Both the position numbers and the translations under genes were made by a program. The notes below the pieces were generated by a model, which worked only from the letters and a program-made list of their open reading frames with translations, was not told the DNA's origin and ran no database searches. From assembly GCA_965279035.1 (NCBI GenBank), contig OZ257142.1, positions 1,600,001 through 1,664,000 on the forward strand: DNA of 64,000 nt, given 5' to 3'. The stretch comes from Bacteroidia bacterium (lineage in GTDB: Bacteria > Bacteroidota > Bacteroidia > M30B66). Every line of letters begins with the position of its first letter. The first letter of the stretch is position 1. Of the stretch, positions 1 through 10,695 are shown in pieces.

Positions 1-920
1 GAGAGTTTTCCATATAAATCTGTAAAGTTGAAAGGCAATCCAGCTGTATCAACGTAAGGATAAAACACTTTGGAACTTTGCTTTAAATAGGAAGAACGAC
101 CGCTGAGAATAAAGGAAGATGAACTTGCTTTTCCATCTTTCTGTCGACTTAATGGACCTTCAAGTTGAATCTTCGAAACAAAAGGACTAGCAGAAACTTT
201 TCCTCCAAAACGTTTTTTATCTCCGTCTTTGGTAGTGATTTTCATGATTGATGAAACACGTCCACCATTTTCGGCACTAAATCCACCTGTATAAACATCC
301 GCATTACGAATTACATCGGTATCAAATACAGAGAACAATCCAATAGAGTGAAATGGATTGTAGATGATCATCCCATCCAAAAGCACTTTATTTTGAATTG
401 GTGAACCTCCACGTATATAAAGCTGTCCACCTTGATCTCCTGTAAATGTAACGCCTGGCAATACTTGCAGATATTGAGCAATATCGGGTTCAGCTCCAAT
501 GGTTGGAAGCTTATTCATTTCTTTAGGTGTAATGGTTGATAATCCAACACCGATACGGTTTTGCTCCTCTTCTTTGTCGCCTTTCACTTCGAATTCTTTG
601 ATGTCGACCGTTTTCGATTGAACATAAAGGTTCTGAGTGAGAATTTGTCCCGGTTTTAATGTAATGGCAACGGTTGTTTTAATGTAACCGATGGAAGAAA
701 ATGCCAGCGTATAACTTCCAGCGGGAACTTTTGAAATGGTATAGAATCCGTTCACATCGGTTTGTGCCGCGTACTTCGTCCCTTCGAGATACACATTGGT
801 GAAAATAACCGGTTCCCCATTTTTCTTGTTGTAAACAACACCCCGTATGGTTGCGTTCTGGGCAAGTAACAAAGTCCCGACAATACTGAAAAAGAAGGCA
901 AGAAAGTAACGATTCAACAT
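1..920 (-). CDS. TonB-dependent receptor, N-terminal part (runs off the window edge)
   Basis: Manual translation from ATG at 920: signal peptide MLNRYFLAFFFSIVGTLLLA, carboxypeptidase-regulatory-like domain (GEPVIFTNVYLEGT..TDVNGFY), plug motifs (LQVLPGV..GGQLYIRGG..NKVLLDG..VYTGGFSAENGGRVSS). Absent from the ORF track because it is truncated. Confidence 0.9.
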   Translation of the reverse strand, partial: MLNRYFLAFFFSIVGTLLLAQNATIRGVVYNKKNGEPVIFTNVYLEGTKYAAQTDVNGFYTISKVPAGSYTLAFSSIGYIKTTVAITLKPGQILTQNLYVQSKTVDIKEFEVKGDKEEEQNRIGVGLSTITPKEMNKLPTIGAEPDIAQYLQVLPGVTFTGDQGGQLYIRGGSPIQNKVLLDGMIIYNPFHSIGLFSVFDTDVIRNADVYTGGFSAENGGRVSSIMKITTKDGDKKRFGGKVSASPFVSKIQLEGPLSRQKDGKASSSSFILSGRSSYLKQSSKVFYPYVDTAGLPFNFTDLYGKL

Positions 921-1217
921 AAGTGTATTCTGGTGATGGGCGGCCAAAGATAGAACGATTCTTCGCATCCCAACAGAAACACATATGAGCTTTTATCGGA
1001 AGATTTTAAAGAGCCTTTAGGATTTTAGTAAAACGTGACATCAAAATGATTTTATTGGAATTGAACTATTTTTCTAAATTCGTGATGACTTTTAATTAAG
1101 ATCTAGTAGAAGATAATCACTTTTATCTAGCAATTTTAATTTTTACAAATGTGGATTATGATTTAAAATTGGTAAATTAATCCAATTGGTATAACTGATC
1201 AATCAACAATTCGTTTT

Positions 1218-1853
1218 ATGAATAAAGTAATTCTATTGGGTATTTTATTGATTTCTTTAAATACCTCTTATGCTCAAACACATGAAAAGAAAAATAACCT
1301 TTCGATTGGCGGTGGACAAGGAGCTTATAATGGCGACTTAGGTAACGCTTGGTTTGTGTCGGATGAAGAATGGTATGGATTCGTTGCCCTTCATTACAAT
1401 CGTTTTATCAATCAATCATTTGATATGACAAGTTCAATTACTTTTGGAGATTTGGGACATTGCAGAGAAGAAGATGAAAGTCAATTTAGGTCCGATGGTT
1501 CAGAGGTATTGAATATGCTTTCACGTTTAACTTCTGTTGTTTTTTCTCTGAAATACAAATTCGCCAATGGATATATACTCAAAGAAAACGCTAGACTTTC
1601 ACCTTATGTTTATTTGGGTGCTGGGGTAAATAATATTTCAGAATACTGGTGGAGTAATAAGAATCGAGCTATTGTAGGAAATTATGGTTCTTTTAATGGT
1701 GGATTGGGAATCCGATATAATTTCTTAGAAAAATATAACTTCACTTACAACATGGGAATTGGTTATTTCACCTCCGATAAGATAGATAATCGTGTTGAAG
1801 GACGAAACGACATGTTTATGCAACAAACCATCATGTTAGGAATGAATTTCTAG
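1218..1853 (+). CDS. Outer-membrane beta-barrel protein (OmpA-like/porin family)
   Basis: Signal peptide, alternating beta-strand pattern (SPYVYLGAG, GGLGIRYNF), C-terminal Phe. Confidence 0.7.
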   Translation: MNKVILLGILLISLNTSYAQTHEKKNNLSIGGGQGAYNGDLGNAWFVSDEEWYGFVALHYNRFINQSFDMTSSITFGDLGHCREEDESQFRSDGSEVLNMLSRLTSVVFSLKYKFANGYILKENARLSPYVYLGAGVNNISEYWWSNKNRAIVGNYGSFNGGLGIRYNFLEKYNFTYNMGIGYFTSDKIDNRVEGRNDMFMQQTIMLGMNF

Positions 1854-1897
1854 CCTTTAGTTTAGGCTTCATCAATCCTGTTTAAAATTAATTGATG

Positions 1898-2350
1898 CTA
1901 GCTTGCTCCATAAACCGGCATTCCCTTCACCGGAAAGATTTTCCCTTTCTTTAAATCGATCTGTGCTGCTAGCAAACGCATTCCATTGGTAACCACCAAA
2001 TACGGAACTTTCATACTCAAATTGTAACGCGCTGCTTGATCAAAAACTGCTTGATTGATTTCTACTTCAGCTGCTTTGCATTCAACCAACATCCAAGGCA
2101 ACATATTACTATCGTACACAACAATATCAGCTCGCTTGTATAAGCCATTCACACGTAAGGCAAGTTCAACTGCTATCTTGTTTTTAGGATACCCTAATTC
2201 AATTTGTAAGTAAGACAATACATGTTGACGAACCCATTCTTCGGGTGTTAAGGCGACGAATTTGTTTCGAAAAGCGTCAAAAATTTGCGTTCTTTGTCCG
2301 TCTACCTCCCGCGTGACTGGCGAGATAGGTGGTAAGTGAAGTACCTGCAA
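1898..2350 (-). CDS. Stand-alone type I restriction enzyme HsdR N-terminal domain protein
   Basis: TPEEWVRQH, RADIVVY and LVECKA PD-(D/E)xK motifs, QAARYN, VTNG. Probable TTG start at 2350 (ORF track extends to 2380). Confidence 0.85.
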   Translation of the reverse strand: MQVLHLPPISPVTREVDGQRTQIFDAFRNKFVALTPEEWVRQHVLSYLQIELGYPKNKIAVELALRVNGLYKRADIVVYDSNMLPWMLVECKAAEVEINQAVFDQAARYNLSMKVPYLVVTNGMRLLAAQIDLKKGKIFPVKGMPVYGAS

Positions 2351-2369
2351 ACCCGAATGATTCAGACTC

Positions 2370-3143
2370 ATGAAAAGCAAAGAAGAGATCGTTAATAACT
2401 GGCTGCCGCGCTATACCGGTATGCAGCTCGAAGACTTTGGCAAATATATCCTGCTCACCAACTTTTCCAACTATGTGGAGAAATTCGCTTCCATCACTGG
2501 AGCAAAAGTGGTTGGACTTGATCGACCAATGCCTTGTGCAACCGCTAATGGAATTACCATCATCAACTTCAGTATGGGAAGTCCCAATGCAGCAATCATC
2601 ATGGATTTACTTTCAGCCATCAAACCCAAAGCCTGTTTGTTCTTAGGTAAATGTGGTGGCCTGAAAAAGAAAAATAAAGTGGGCGATTTGATTCTTCCCA
2701 TTGCAGCCATTCGTGGAGAAGGAACATCTAACGATTATTTTCCTCCCGAAGTCCCAGCTTTACCTGCTTTCAACCTTCAAAAAGCGGTATCAACAACCAT
2801 TCGAAATCATAAAAAGGATTATTGGACTGGGACAGTTTTTACAACCAATCGTCGGGTTTGGGAGCATGATAATGAATTCAAAAAATACCTTCAGAAAATT
2901 CGGGCAATGGCCATTGATATGGAAACAGCAACCATATTCTCTGTCGGATTTTACAATAAAATTCCAACAGGAGCTTTGTTATTGGTGAGTGATCAACCCA
3001 TGGTGGCAGGCGGCGTGAAAACCGAAAAAAGCGATACCGTTGTTACAACCAATTTTGTCGATTCGCACATTCAAATTGGAATTGATTCCTTGAACGAATT
3101 GATCAATAACGGAAATACTGTTAAACATCTTCGATTCGAGTAA
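2370..3143 (+). CDS. amn: AMP nucleosidase (PNP/UDP phosphorylase family)
   Basis: NWLPRYTG, FLGKCGGL, AIRGEGTS, AIDMETAT, LLLVSDQP motifs; typical Bacteroidota synteny with holA. Confidence 0.9.
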   Translation: MKSKEEIVNNWLPRYTGMQLEDFGKYILLTNFSNYVEKFASITGAKVVGLDRPMPCATANGITIINFSMGSPNAAIIMDLLSAIKPKACLFLGKCGGLKKKNKVGDLILPIAAIRGEGTSNDYFPPEVPALPAFNLQKAVSTTIRNHKKDYWTGTVFTTNRRVWEHDNEFKKYLQKIRAMAIDMETATIFSVGFYNKIPTGALLLVSDQPMVAGGVKTEKSDTVVTTNFVDSHIQIGIDSLNELINNGNTVKHLRFE

Positions 3144-3145
3144 GT

Positions 3146-4165
3146 ATGGCTAAAACGAGTTCTTCGGTTTCGGTTGAATCTGTTTTTAAAGACTTGCAGT
3201 CGCGCAATTATTCTCCAATTTACTTGCTGTGTGGCGAAGAGTCGTATTACATTGATCAGCTTTCGAACTACATCGAAAACAATGTGCTTACGGAGGATGA
3301 ACGCGAGTTTAACCAAACGATATTGTATGGTTTGGATGTGAATTCGGATGATGTGATGGCAACGGCTAAGCGCTTTCCAATGATGAGCGAATATCAAGTC
3401 GTTATTGTGAAGGAAGCTCAACAATTGAAAGAAATTGATAAACTCGTTCCTTACATAAAAAATCCTCAGTCGAGTACGATTTTGGTTTTATGTTTTAAAG
3501 GAAAAGAACCGGATAAGCGTAAGGAATTTTATAAGATGTTGCTGAAATACGATGCGGTTTATTTTGTTTCTGAACGCTTGAAACAGGAGAAAATGCCGGA
3601 ATGGATTTCAAAATATTTCACACGAAAAGGATATCGAATTACACCCAATGCGGCTATTTTATTGGCAGAATTCGTTGGAAATGAATTGGAAAAAGTAACA
3701 AACGAAGCGGAGAAAATTTTCCTTAACACACCTATTGGTTCCGAAATCAACGAAAAAATAATTGAAAGTCAAGTTGGGATTTCACGAGAGTTTAATGTGT
3801 TTGAATTTCAAAAAGCATTGGGTACGCGCAATGTATTTAAGGCCAACCAAATTGCATTGAATTTAGCAGGACAAAAAGCTACGCCCATGCCAATGGTGAT
3901 GGGAAGTTTATACAGCTATTTCAGCAAGTTGCTGCTATTTCAATGGCTCAAAAGTAAGGGCGAAAAGAATATGGCTTCAGCGATGGGTGTTCCACCATTT
4001 TTTTTGAAAGACTATGAACAAGCAGCGCGCTATTATTCACCTGCAAAGCTGCTTCGAATTATGAGTCATTTGCGTAATTATGACCTCAAAAGCAAAGGAT
4101 ATACGAACGAAAGTGCTAACGAAACTGAATTATTAAAAGAACTCACCTTTAAGATTGTACACTAA
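3146..4165 (+). CDS. holA: DNA polymerase III subunit delta
   Basis: PIYLLCGEESYYID, FNQTILYG, AKRFPMMSEYQVVIVKEAQ, GISREFNVFE, DLKSKG. Confidence 0.92.
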   Translation: MAKTSSSVSVESVFKDLQSRNYSPIYLLCGEESYYIDQLSNYIENNVLTEDEREFNQTILYGLDVNSDDVMATAKRFPMMSEYQVVIVKEAQQLKEIDKLVPYIKNPQSSTILVLCFKGKEPDKRKEFYKMLLKYDAVYFVSERLKQEKMPEWISKYFTRKGYRITPNAAILLAEFVGNELEKVTNEAEKIFLNTPIGSEINEKIIESQVGISREFNVFEFQKALGTRNVFKANQIALNLAGQKATPMPMVMGSLYSYFSKLLLFQWLKSKGEKNMASAMGVPPFFLKDYEQAARYYSPAKLLRIMSHLRNYDLKSKGYTNESANETELLKELTFKIVH

Positions 4166-4569
4166 TGAATTATTGGCTAGTAAAATCGGAACCGATTAAA
4201 TACGCATGGTCTAAATTTGTGAAAGACAAGAAAACCGTTTGGGATGGCGTGCGGAATTATCAAGCACGAAATAATCTTCAAGCCATGAAATTGGGCGATT
4301 TGGTTTTGTTTTACCATAGCAACGAAGGGATGAATGTGGTGGGCATTGCTAAGGTGGTTAAAGAAGCGTATAACGATCCTACAACTGATGATAAACGTTG
4401 GTTTGTAGTAGAATTGGCTCCTGTTGAAGCATTGAAAAAACCTGTTAGCCTCGAGCAAATGAAAACCGATGAGAAACTAGCTAACATTGGACTAATTCGT
4501 CAGTCGCGTTTGAGTGTGATGCCATTAACCAACATCGAATTCGATCGCATTTTGGAGTTAGGTAGCTGA
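4165..4569 (+). CDS. EVE domain protein
   Basis: MNYWLVKSEP, WDGVRNYQARN, FYHS, RQSRLSV. Confidence 0.93.
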   Translation: MNYWLVKSEPIKYAWSKFVKDKKTVWDGVRNYQARNNLQAMKLGDLVLFYHSNEGMNVVGIAKVVKEAYNDPTTDDKRWFVVELAPVEALKKPVSLEQMKTDEKLANIGLIRQSRLSVMPLTNIEFDRILELGS

Positions 4570-4592
4570 AGATTCAATGTGGTTTAAGGAAT

Positions 4593-6422
4593 TTACATCC
4601 GAACTCCAATAACTAAAATATCATCTACTTGACCAATTCCATCTATCCAGTTTTCTAAAAAATGCTGAAGGAAATTTCCTTGATTAGGCATTGTTTTATT
4701 TTGTGATTCAATGAGTAATGATTTAAAAACGCGGGTACTAAGTTTTTTTTCAAAATCACCTCCAAATGTATCTGCGAATCCATCAGTGAAAAGATAAAAC
4801 GTATCTCCATTCATTAATTGAATTTCATGCGTTTCGAAATCTTGATCATTCTCTGTTGGTCCACCAATGGATTTTTTTGTGCCTTTAATTTCTACCAATT
4901 CTGATGATTCATTTCGGATAATCCAAAATGGTCGATTAGCTCCCGTAAAGTGTAACATTCGAGTTGATTTATCAATTCTACACAAAGCGATATCCATTCC
5001 ATCTCGAGTAGATTCAAAGCTCTCAGATTGCCTCAGAGACTTTTTCATTTCAGTATTTACCAGTTTTAAAATAGTAGAAGGCTCTTCGCTAATGATAACG
5101 GCTGCATTTAGTTTTTCTAATGCAATCATACTCATTAAAGCTCCAGGAACACCGTGACCTGTGCAATCTGCAGCAGCTAAAAACAAATAATTCTTGCTTT
5201 CGTGATAAAAATAAAAGTCACCACTTACAATATCTTTAGGTTTGAATAAAATAAAACTGGAAGGAAAAGATTTAAAAATATCAGATTTTCTTGGCAGTTT
5301 TGCTTGTTGAATGCGTTTCGCATAGGTGATGCTATCTAAAATGTCTTTGTTTTTTTCTTTGATCAAAAACAGTGTTTTTGCAGCTTCTTCTTTTTTTATG
5401 TTGGCAATTATTAATTCATCTGCACGCTTTCCTTTTTCTGATTTTTGAAATTTTAATTCCTGATCAGCGATATACAATTCTGCTGCTCGTTTTTCTTTTT
5501 CAACATTTTCATATAAGAGCTTCTCCATCATAATAATCAACTCGGCAGCCCGTTTTTCTTTTTCGCTGTTTTGGAAGAGTAATTCTTCGTTAGCAACGAT
5601 CAACTCAGCAGCCCGTTTTTCTTTTTCGCTGTTTTGGAAGAGTAATTCTTCGTTAGCAACGATCAACTCGGCAGCCCGTTTTTCTTTTTCGCTGTTTTGG
5701 AAAAGTAATTCTTCGTTAGCAACGATCAACTCGGCAGCCCGTTTTTCTTTTTCGCTGTTTTGGAAAAGTAATTCTTCATTCGCAACGACTAACTCCCCAG
5801 CTTTTCTTTCTTTTTCTTTATTCTGATAATGTAATTCATTGATAGCAATGAGTAATTCTGCAGCACGCTTTTCTTTTTCCTCATTTTGAAAACGTAATTC
5901 ATTATTGGCAAGTATGAGTTCGGCTGCTCTTTTTTCTTTCTCTTTATTTTGAAATTCAAGCTCTTTATTCGCATTTGTTTTTTCAAGAACAAGCTTATTT
6001 AACTGAGTTCTTTGAACTAAAAGTTCATTCGTTTTCAAATATAAATCGACAAAAATGGCAACTTTCGCTCGAAGTATTTCTGGCGTAAGTGGTTTAATCA
6101 TATAATCTACTGCGCCAATTTCATATCCTTTAAAAAGGTGTTCCGTATCCATGTTTGCAGTTAAAAAGATAACTGGCACTTGTTGCATTGATTCTCGTTT
6201 TCTTATTAATTGTACTGTCTCAAAACCATCCAAATCGGGCATTTGAACATCCATTAGAATCAATGAGAAATCCTCTTGAGAATCAATGATTTCAATTGCT
6301 TCAGCTCCCGAATTGGCTTTAATACACTGATAGTTTTCATTATCCAATATGATTTGTAATGAGAACAAATTCTCAGAACGATCATCTACCATTAAAATTT
6401 TAACTGATTTTATTTCATCCAT
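4593..6422 (-). CDS. Response regulator with 21-aa repeat coiled coil and SpoIIE/PP2C (RsbU-like) phosphatase
   Basis: N-terminal REC (ILMVDD, LMDVQMP, KP); about 9 copies of ELIVANEELLFQNSEKEKRAA; PP2C motifs KDIVSGDFY, ADCTGHG, DGMD, TDG, DD. Confidence 0.9.
   Translation of the reverse strand: MDEIKSVKILMVDDRSENLFSLQIILDNENYQCIKANSGAEAIEIIDSQEDFSLILMDVQMPDLDGFETVQLIRKRESMQQVPVIFLTANMDTEHLFKGYEIGAVDYMIKPLTPEILRAKVAIFVDLYLKTNELLVQRTQLNKLVLEKTNANKELEFQNKEKEKRAAELILANNELRFQNEEKEKRAAELLIAINELHYQNKEKERKAGELVVANEELLFQNSEKEKRAAELIVANEELLFQNSEKEKRAAELIVANEELLFQNSEKEKRAAELIVANEELLFQNSEKEKRAAELIIMMEKLLYENVEKEKRAAELYIADQELKFQKSEKGKRADELIIANIKKEEAAKTLFLIKEKNKDILDSITYAKRIQQAKLPRKSDIFKSFPSSFILFKPKDIVSGDFYFYHESKNYLFLAAADCTGHGVPGALMSMIALEKLNAAVIISEEPSTILKLVNTEMKKSLRQSESFESTRDGMDIALCRIDKSTRMLHFTGANRPFWIIRNESSELVEIKGTKKSIGGPTENDQDFETHEIQLMNGDTFYLFTDGFADTFGGDFEKKLSTRVFKSLLIESQNKTMPNQGNFLQHFLENWIDGIGQVDDILVIGVRM
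5536..5787. repeat. Four near-identical 63-bp tandem repeats (core of a longer degenerate array, about 5400-5975)
   Basis: Unit starts ATCAACTC at 5536, 5599, 5662 and 5725, exactly 63 bp apart. Confidence 0.97.
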
Positions 6423-6471
6423 CCTTCAATTTTTCATTTTCAATTATTAATTAATCAAAGCGCAAAGCTTT

Positions 6472-9400
6472 TTATTTACTAAGCCAAACGCGCATTAATG
6501 AAAGTAACTGTTCAATATCAATCGGTTTTGTCACATAATCATTCGCTCCCGAGTCAATGCATTTTTGCTTATCATCTTTCATTGCCTTAGCTGTTAAAGC
6601 CAACATGGGCAAATTCTTATATTTACTAGAGGATCGAATGCGTTTCATGGTTTCGAAACCATCCATTTCAGGCATCATGATATCCATTAATATCATGTCA
6701 ATATTCGGATGAATCTCTAATAATTCTAATGCTTCACGACCGTTTTCAGCTCGTATTACTTCCATCCCATGTTCATTCAAAACTAATTTCAAGGCAAAAA
6801 CATTTCTCATATCATCTTCAGCTAATAGAATCTTCTTACCCTCAAAAATGTGTTCTTTATTGAATACTTTTTCAATAGTATTCATTGGCAAATTGATTTT
6901 TGTTTTATGAAGAAATAAAGATGTTTCATCAAGTAATCGTTCTTCTGATTTCACACCTTTGATAATAATACTCTGTGTATATTTTTCTAATTCTTCATTT
7001 TCAGATTTATTTAATTCTCTACCAGTATAAACTATAATAGGTGGAACATTCATTCCTTCTATTTTATTTATTTGTTTTATTAGATCAATTCCGCTTATGT
7101 CAGGCAAACCAAGATCAAGTAAAATGCAATCAACATGCTGTTCTTTCAGGTGAACGATTGCTTCTTGTCCATTGGACGCTTCCAAACAATTCACTTCATC
7201 ATTTCCGATTAATATTTTCATTGCTTTTCTTGAATTCTCATTGTCTTCAACGATCAAAACAGTTTTTATTTTTCTTTTAGAATTTGCTTCTATTTGATTA
7301 AACTCTTTTTCTAATTCAAGTTTTTCTGCTGGTTTTAACAAATAGGTTATTCTTCCATCATGATGAACTTTTTTGGCCATATTGTGAGAGGAAATCTGAT
7401 GAAGTGGAATGGATTTTATATCTAAATTCTCTTTCAAATTATTTAAGAATTTTCCACTTTGATTCTCAGGTAAGTTCATATCTAAAATAATGGCTACAGG
7501 TTTAAATAAAATAGCCAATTTCAATCCTTCATCTCCGTTTAAAGCAATGTTGTATTTGAAACCTTTGTTATTTACAAGATTTTGTAAAAGAAGTGCACAT
7601 TGTTTATCTTCTACAATGATTAAAACACTTGGTAGATTTGAATTTATTTTAGATTGATTTTTATCAATTTTAAATTTAGTTATATCGACATTTTCTTCAG
7701 TATATTTAAATTCATTTGATTCAATTGAATTTTCAGGTTCAATGTTTAGCTTTATTGGAATAACAAGTGAAAATTCTGAGCCAATATTTTCTTCACTTTT
7801 AATTTCAATTTTCCCACCTAACAATTTTGCTAATTCTCTTGAAATAGATAAACCCAGACCAGTGCCACCATATTTACGCGATGTTCCGCCATCTGCTTGC
7901 TGAAAAGCTTCAAAAATAGCTTCTTGTTTATTGATTGGTATACCTATGCCAGTATCTCGAATGCCAATCGAAATGGTTGTTTCATTTATTAATTTAATGT
8001 TTATACGAATACTTCCTTTATTTGTGAATTTTATGGCATTCGAAAGTAGATTTTTAATAATCTGATTTAAACGTTGAATATCACTCCAAATGAATTCAGG
8101 AATATGTTCTCCAAATTCTGAATCAATTTCAATTCCCTTTTCATGAGCTAAATGTTTAAAGTTACGTAATGAATCGTGAATGAATTCTTTTATTTCAATT
8201 TGATCAATTACTAGAATCATTTTTCCAGCTTCAATTTTAGAAAGATCCAATACTTCATTGATTAATACAAGTAAATCATGACCACTCTTATAAACTATTT
8301 CAGCACATTCTACTTGTAAACTATCCAAATTCCCTTTTTTATTATTCGCTAATTCTTTTGATAATATCAATAAACTATTTAATGGTGTCCTCAACTCATG
8401 AGACATATTCGCTAAAAATTCCGATTTATACTTACTGCTGATTTCTAATTGTTTAGTTTTTTGTTCAATATCATAACGCGATAATTCAACTTCTTTATTT
8501 TTTAATTCGAGCGACTGAGTTTGTTGTTCCAACTCTTCATTCGTCATTTGCAATTCCTCTTGTTGTTGTTTTAAGTTATGACTTTTATCTTCTAATTCTT
8601 CATTCGTTTGTCTCAATTCCTCTTGTTGTAATTGCATTTCCTCCGTTTGAATTTGTGTTTCATGCAATAATTCTTGTATTCTTTTCCTTGATCTTGCTGA
8701 TTCAAATTGTATAGCAATACTCTTCATCGATTGTTTAATAAATTCTAATTTATCTTCAGTTATCTCATTTAACCAACCAATTTCTATTACGCCAATCGTT
8801 TTATCTTCATTAATAAATGGTGAAATTACTACCTGTTTAGGTGTAGAACTCATGATACTTGATTCTATTCTCAGTGATATTTCTTCCTTACTTTTTAAGT
8901 TGAATACTTTTTTTGAATGTGCTGCTTCACCAATTAATCCTTCATTTATGCTAATAGTACTATTTGTTTTTGTGTTGCTTGTAAAGGCATATCTACCAAG
9001 TAATTTTATTTCGGAATTTGATTCATTAACTAAATAAAGTCCTCCTATTTGAGCATTTAAATACGTACATAAAAAGTGAATTGCATTGTTTGCTAATTCT
9101 TCAATAGCTTGATCTCCAGTGAGTTTTTCATTTAAGCTAATCTGTCCTTTACTTAACCACAAGCGTTGTTCATTTATTTCTGATGAATCTCTTAGTGAAT
9201 GAGTCATTTTATTCAAAGCTATTCCCAGAACATCATTCTTCGATTTTGGTATAATATCATTTGAATAATCACCAGAACTCACCTTTTCAGCATTTTCTGT
9301 TATTTCATGAAAACTATGTATAACATTTTCAAGTGAGTTAAGAATTGGTTTTAATTCATCATTTATTGTATTTTCTGGTAATTGAGTTGAATTTCGACTT

Positions 9401-10074
9401 GCTATAATTTCGACCTCTTTGGATATATACTTAATTCGTTTTGTTATACTATGTATAATTGTATATGAAAGAAGAATAGTGATTAGTATGCTCAATACAA
9501 TTAATATTAACAATAGCATTCTTGCTGAATTATAGCTTTCTTCATTTTTAATTTTAGATTTATCAAGTTGTTGCATATTAATAGAACATATACTTTCTAA
9601 TTGTTTTATAGCAATATCTCTAACTTTTAAGCCTTTAGATATTGAAATTGAAAACGCACCTTGATTATCATTTTGCATTGCCAGTTTTATGATTTGATCT
9701 AAATCTATCATATAACCACTCCACGCTATTTTAAATTCATTTAATAATGCTTTTCCCTCTGGATTTATAATTAATTCTAATTCCTTTGTTTTTTGATCTA
9801 TGATTTCTAGTTGTTTATTTATTAATTCATGATACTTTATTTTATGTGAAATATCAGTCTCCAATATAATATTTTTTTCATATCTACTTCCTTGAAGTAC
9901 AGCGATCATCAATTCATTTGAGGTATTTATATTTTTAACTGTAACGTCAATTGTATTTTTAAATCGTTTATTTGATTGCGATAAGTTTGATGTTAAATAC
10001 ATGGCCATTGAAATGAGTAAAACAAGCAAGATTGTATAGCCAAGAATTAATCTGCTTTTGATTTGTTGTATCAT
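6472..10074 (-). CDS. Hybrid sensor histidine kinase (periplasmic four-helix bundle, HAMP, GAF, coiled coil, HisKA/HATPase, three REC domains)
   Basis: Two TM segments, FLANMSHELRTPLN, NLLSNAIKFT, DTGIGI, GGTGLGL, three receiver domains. Confidence 0.93.
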   Translation of the reverse strand: MIQQIKSRLILGYTILLVLLISMAMYLTSNLSQSNKRFKNTIDVTVKNINTSNELMIAVLQGSRYEKNIILETDISHKIKYHELINKQLEIIDQKTKELELIINPEGKALLNEFKIAWSGYMIDLDQIIKLAMQNDNQGAFSISISKGLKVRDIAIKQLESICSINMQQLDKSKIKNEESYNSARMLLLILIVLSILITILLSYTIIHSITKRIKYISKEVEIIASRNSTQLPENTINDELKPILNSLENVIHSFHEITENAEKVSSGDYSNDIIPKSKNDVLGIALNKMTHSLRDSSEINEQRLWLSKGQISLNEKLTGDQAIEELANNAIHFLCTYLNAQIGGLYLVNESNSEIKLLGRYAFTSNTKTNSTISINEGLIGEAAHSKKVFNLKSKEEISLRIESSIMSSTPKQVVISPFINEDKTIGVIEIGWLNEITEDKLEFIKQSMKSIAIQFESARSRKRIQELLHETQIQTEEMQLQQEELRQTNEELEDKSHNLKQQQEELQMTNEELEQQTQSLELKNKEVELSRYDIEQKTKQLEISSKYKSEFLANMSHELRTPLNSLLILSKELANNKKGNLDSLQVECAEIVYKSGHDLLVLINEVLDLSKIEAGKMILVIDQIEIKEFIHDSLRNFKHLAHEKGIEIDSEFGEHIPEFIWSDIQRLNQIIKNLLSNAIKFTNKGSIRINIKLINETTISIGIRDTGIGIPINKQEAIFEAFQQADGGTSRKYGGTGLGLSISRELAKLLGGKIEIKSEENIGSEFSLVIPIKLNIEPENSIESNEFKYTEENVDITKFKIDKNQSKINSNLPSVLIIVEDKQCALLLQNLVNNKGFKYNIALNGDEGLKLAILFKPVAIILDMNLPENQSGKFLNNLKENLDIKSIPLHQISSHNMAKKVHHDGRITYLLKPAEKLELEKEFNQIEANSKRKIKTVLIVEDNENSRKAMKILIGNDEVNCLEASNGQEAIVHLKEQHVDCILLDLGLPDISGIDLIKQINKIEGMNVPPIIVYTGRELNKSENEELEKYTQSIIIKGVKSEERLLDETSLFLHKTKINLPMNTIEKVFNKEHIFEGKKILLAEDDMRNVFALKLVLNEHGMEVIRAENGREALELLEIHPNIDMILMDIMMPEMDGFETMKRIRSSSKYKNLPMLALTAKAMKDDKQKCIDSGANDYVTKPIDIEQLLSLMRVWLSK

Positions 10075-10664
10075 ACTATTTGTGAATTTTGTAAATCAAT
10101 TTGAATTAGTAGGTCAATAATCTTTTCTAATGAAACAACATAATCTGCTTGAATTGCCTCCATTGCTGAATTTGGCATATATGGAGATTCTGCTGTTTGA
10201 GGATCTTGGATAATTGTTATTCCACCAAGTTCATGTATTAGTTTAATTCCTTTTGTACCATCGTTGTTTGATCCTGTTAATACAATTCCAATAAGTGAGT
10301 CTCCATAAACAATGGCTGCTGATTCAAATAATACATCTATTGATGGACGGGCAAAATTTACTCGTTCATCAATGGTTAATGAAAATGTTTTATTATTCTC
10401 AATTAATAAATGGTAGTTAGCAGGTGCGATATAAACATATCCACCACAAATACTTTCTTTTTCATCTGCTTCTTTGAATCGTAGTTTACTTTTTTCATTC
10501 AGTAATTTTATCCATTGATTTTCTGAGCGAGCACCTATGTGTTGAACTATTATTATTGGAATTTTAAATGTTGAAGGAAGCATTGAGAATAGGAGTTTTA
10601 AAGCACTCATTCCTCCTGATGAAACTCCAATAACAATAGCTTCAATTTTATTTTTATTTTTCAT
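10071..10664 (-). CDS. cheB: Stand-alone CheB-type methylesterase domain protein
   Basis: GVSSGG (catalytic Ser), VQH, APANYHL, RPSIDVLFES, LTGSNNDG, QDP, MP; no REC domain. Confidence 0.9.
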   Translation of the reverse strand: MKNKNKIEAIVIGVSSGGMSALKLLFSMLPSTFKIPIIIVQHIGARSENQWIKLLNEKSKLRFKEADEKESICGGYVYIAPANYHLLIENNKTFSLTIDERVNFARPSIDVLFESAAIVYGDSLIGIVLTGSNNDGTKGIKLIHELGGITIIQDPQTAESPYMPNSAMEAIQADYVVSLEKIIDLLIQIDLQNSQIV

Positions 10665-10695
10665 TTATCATTGATTAACTCAAATTAATTCATTT

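Noticed and set aside
679-984. 101-aa ORF in the track
   Set aside because: Out-of-frame shadow of the TonB-dependent receptor starting at 920.
1898-2380. Type I restriction-modification system
   Set aside because: Only the small HsdR N-terminal domain is present, with no hsdM/hsdS or helicase; this solo gene next to amn/holA is a common Bacteroidota arrangement.
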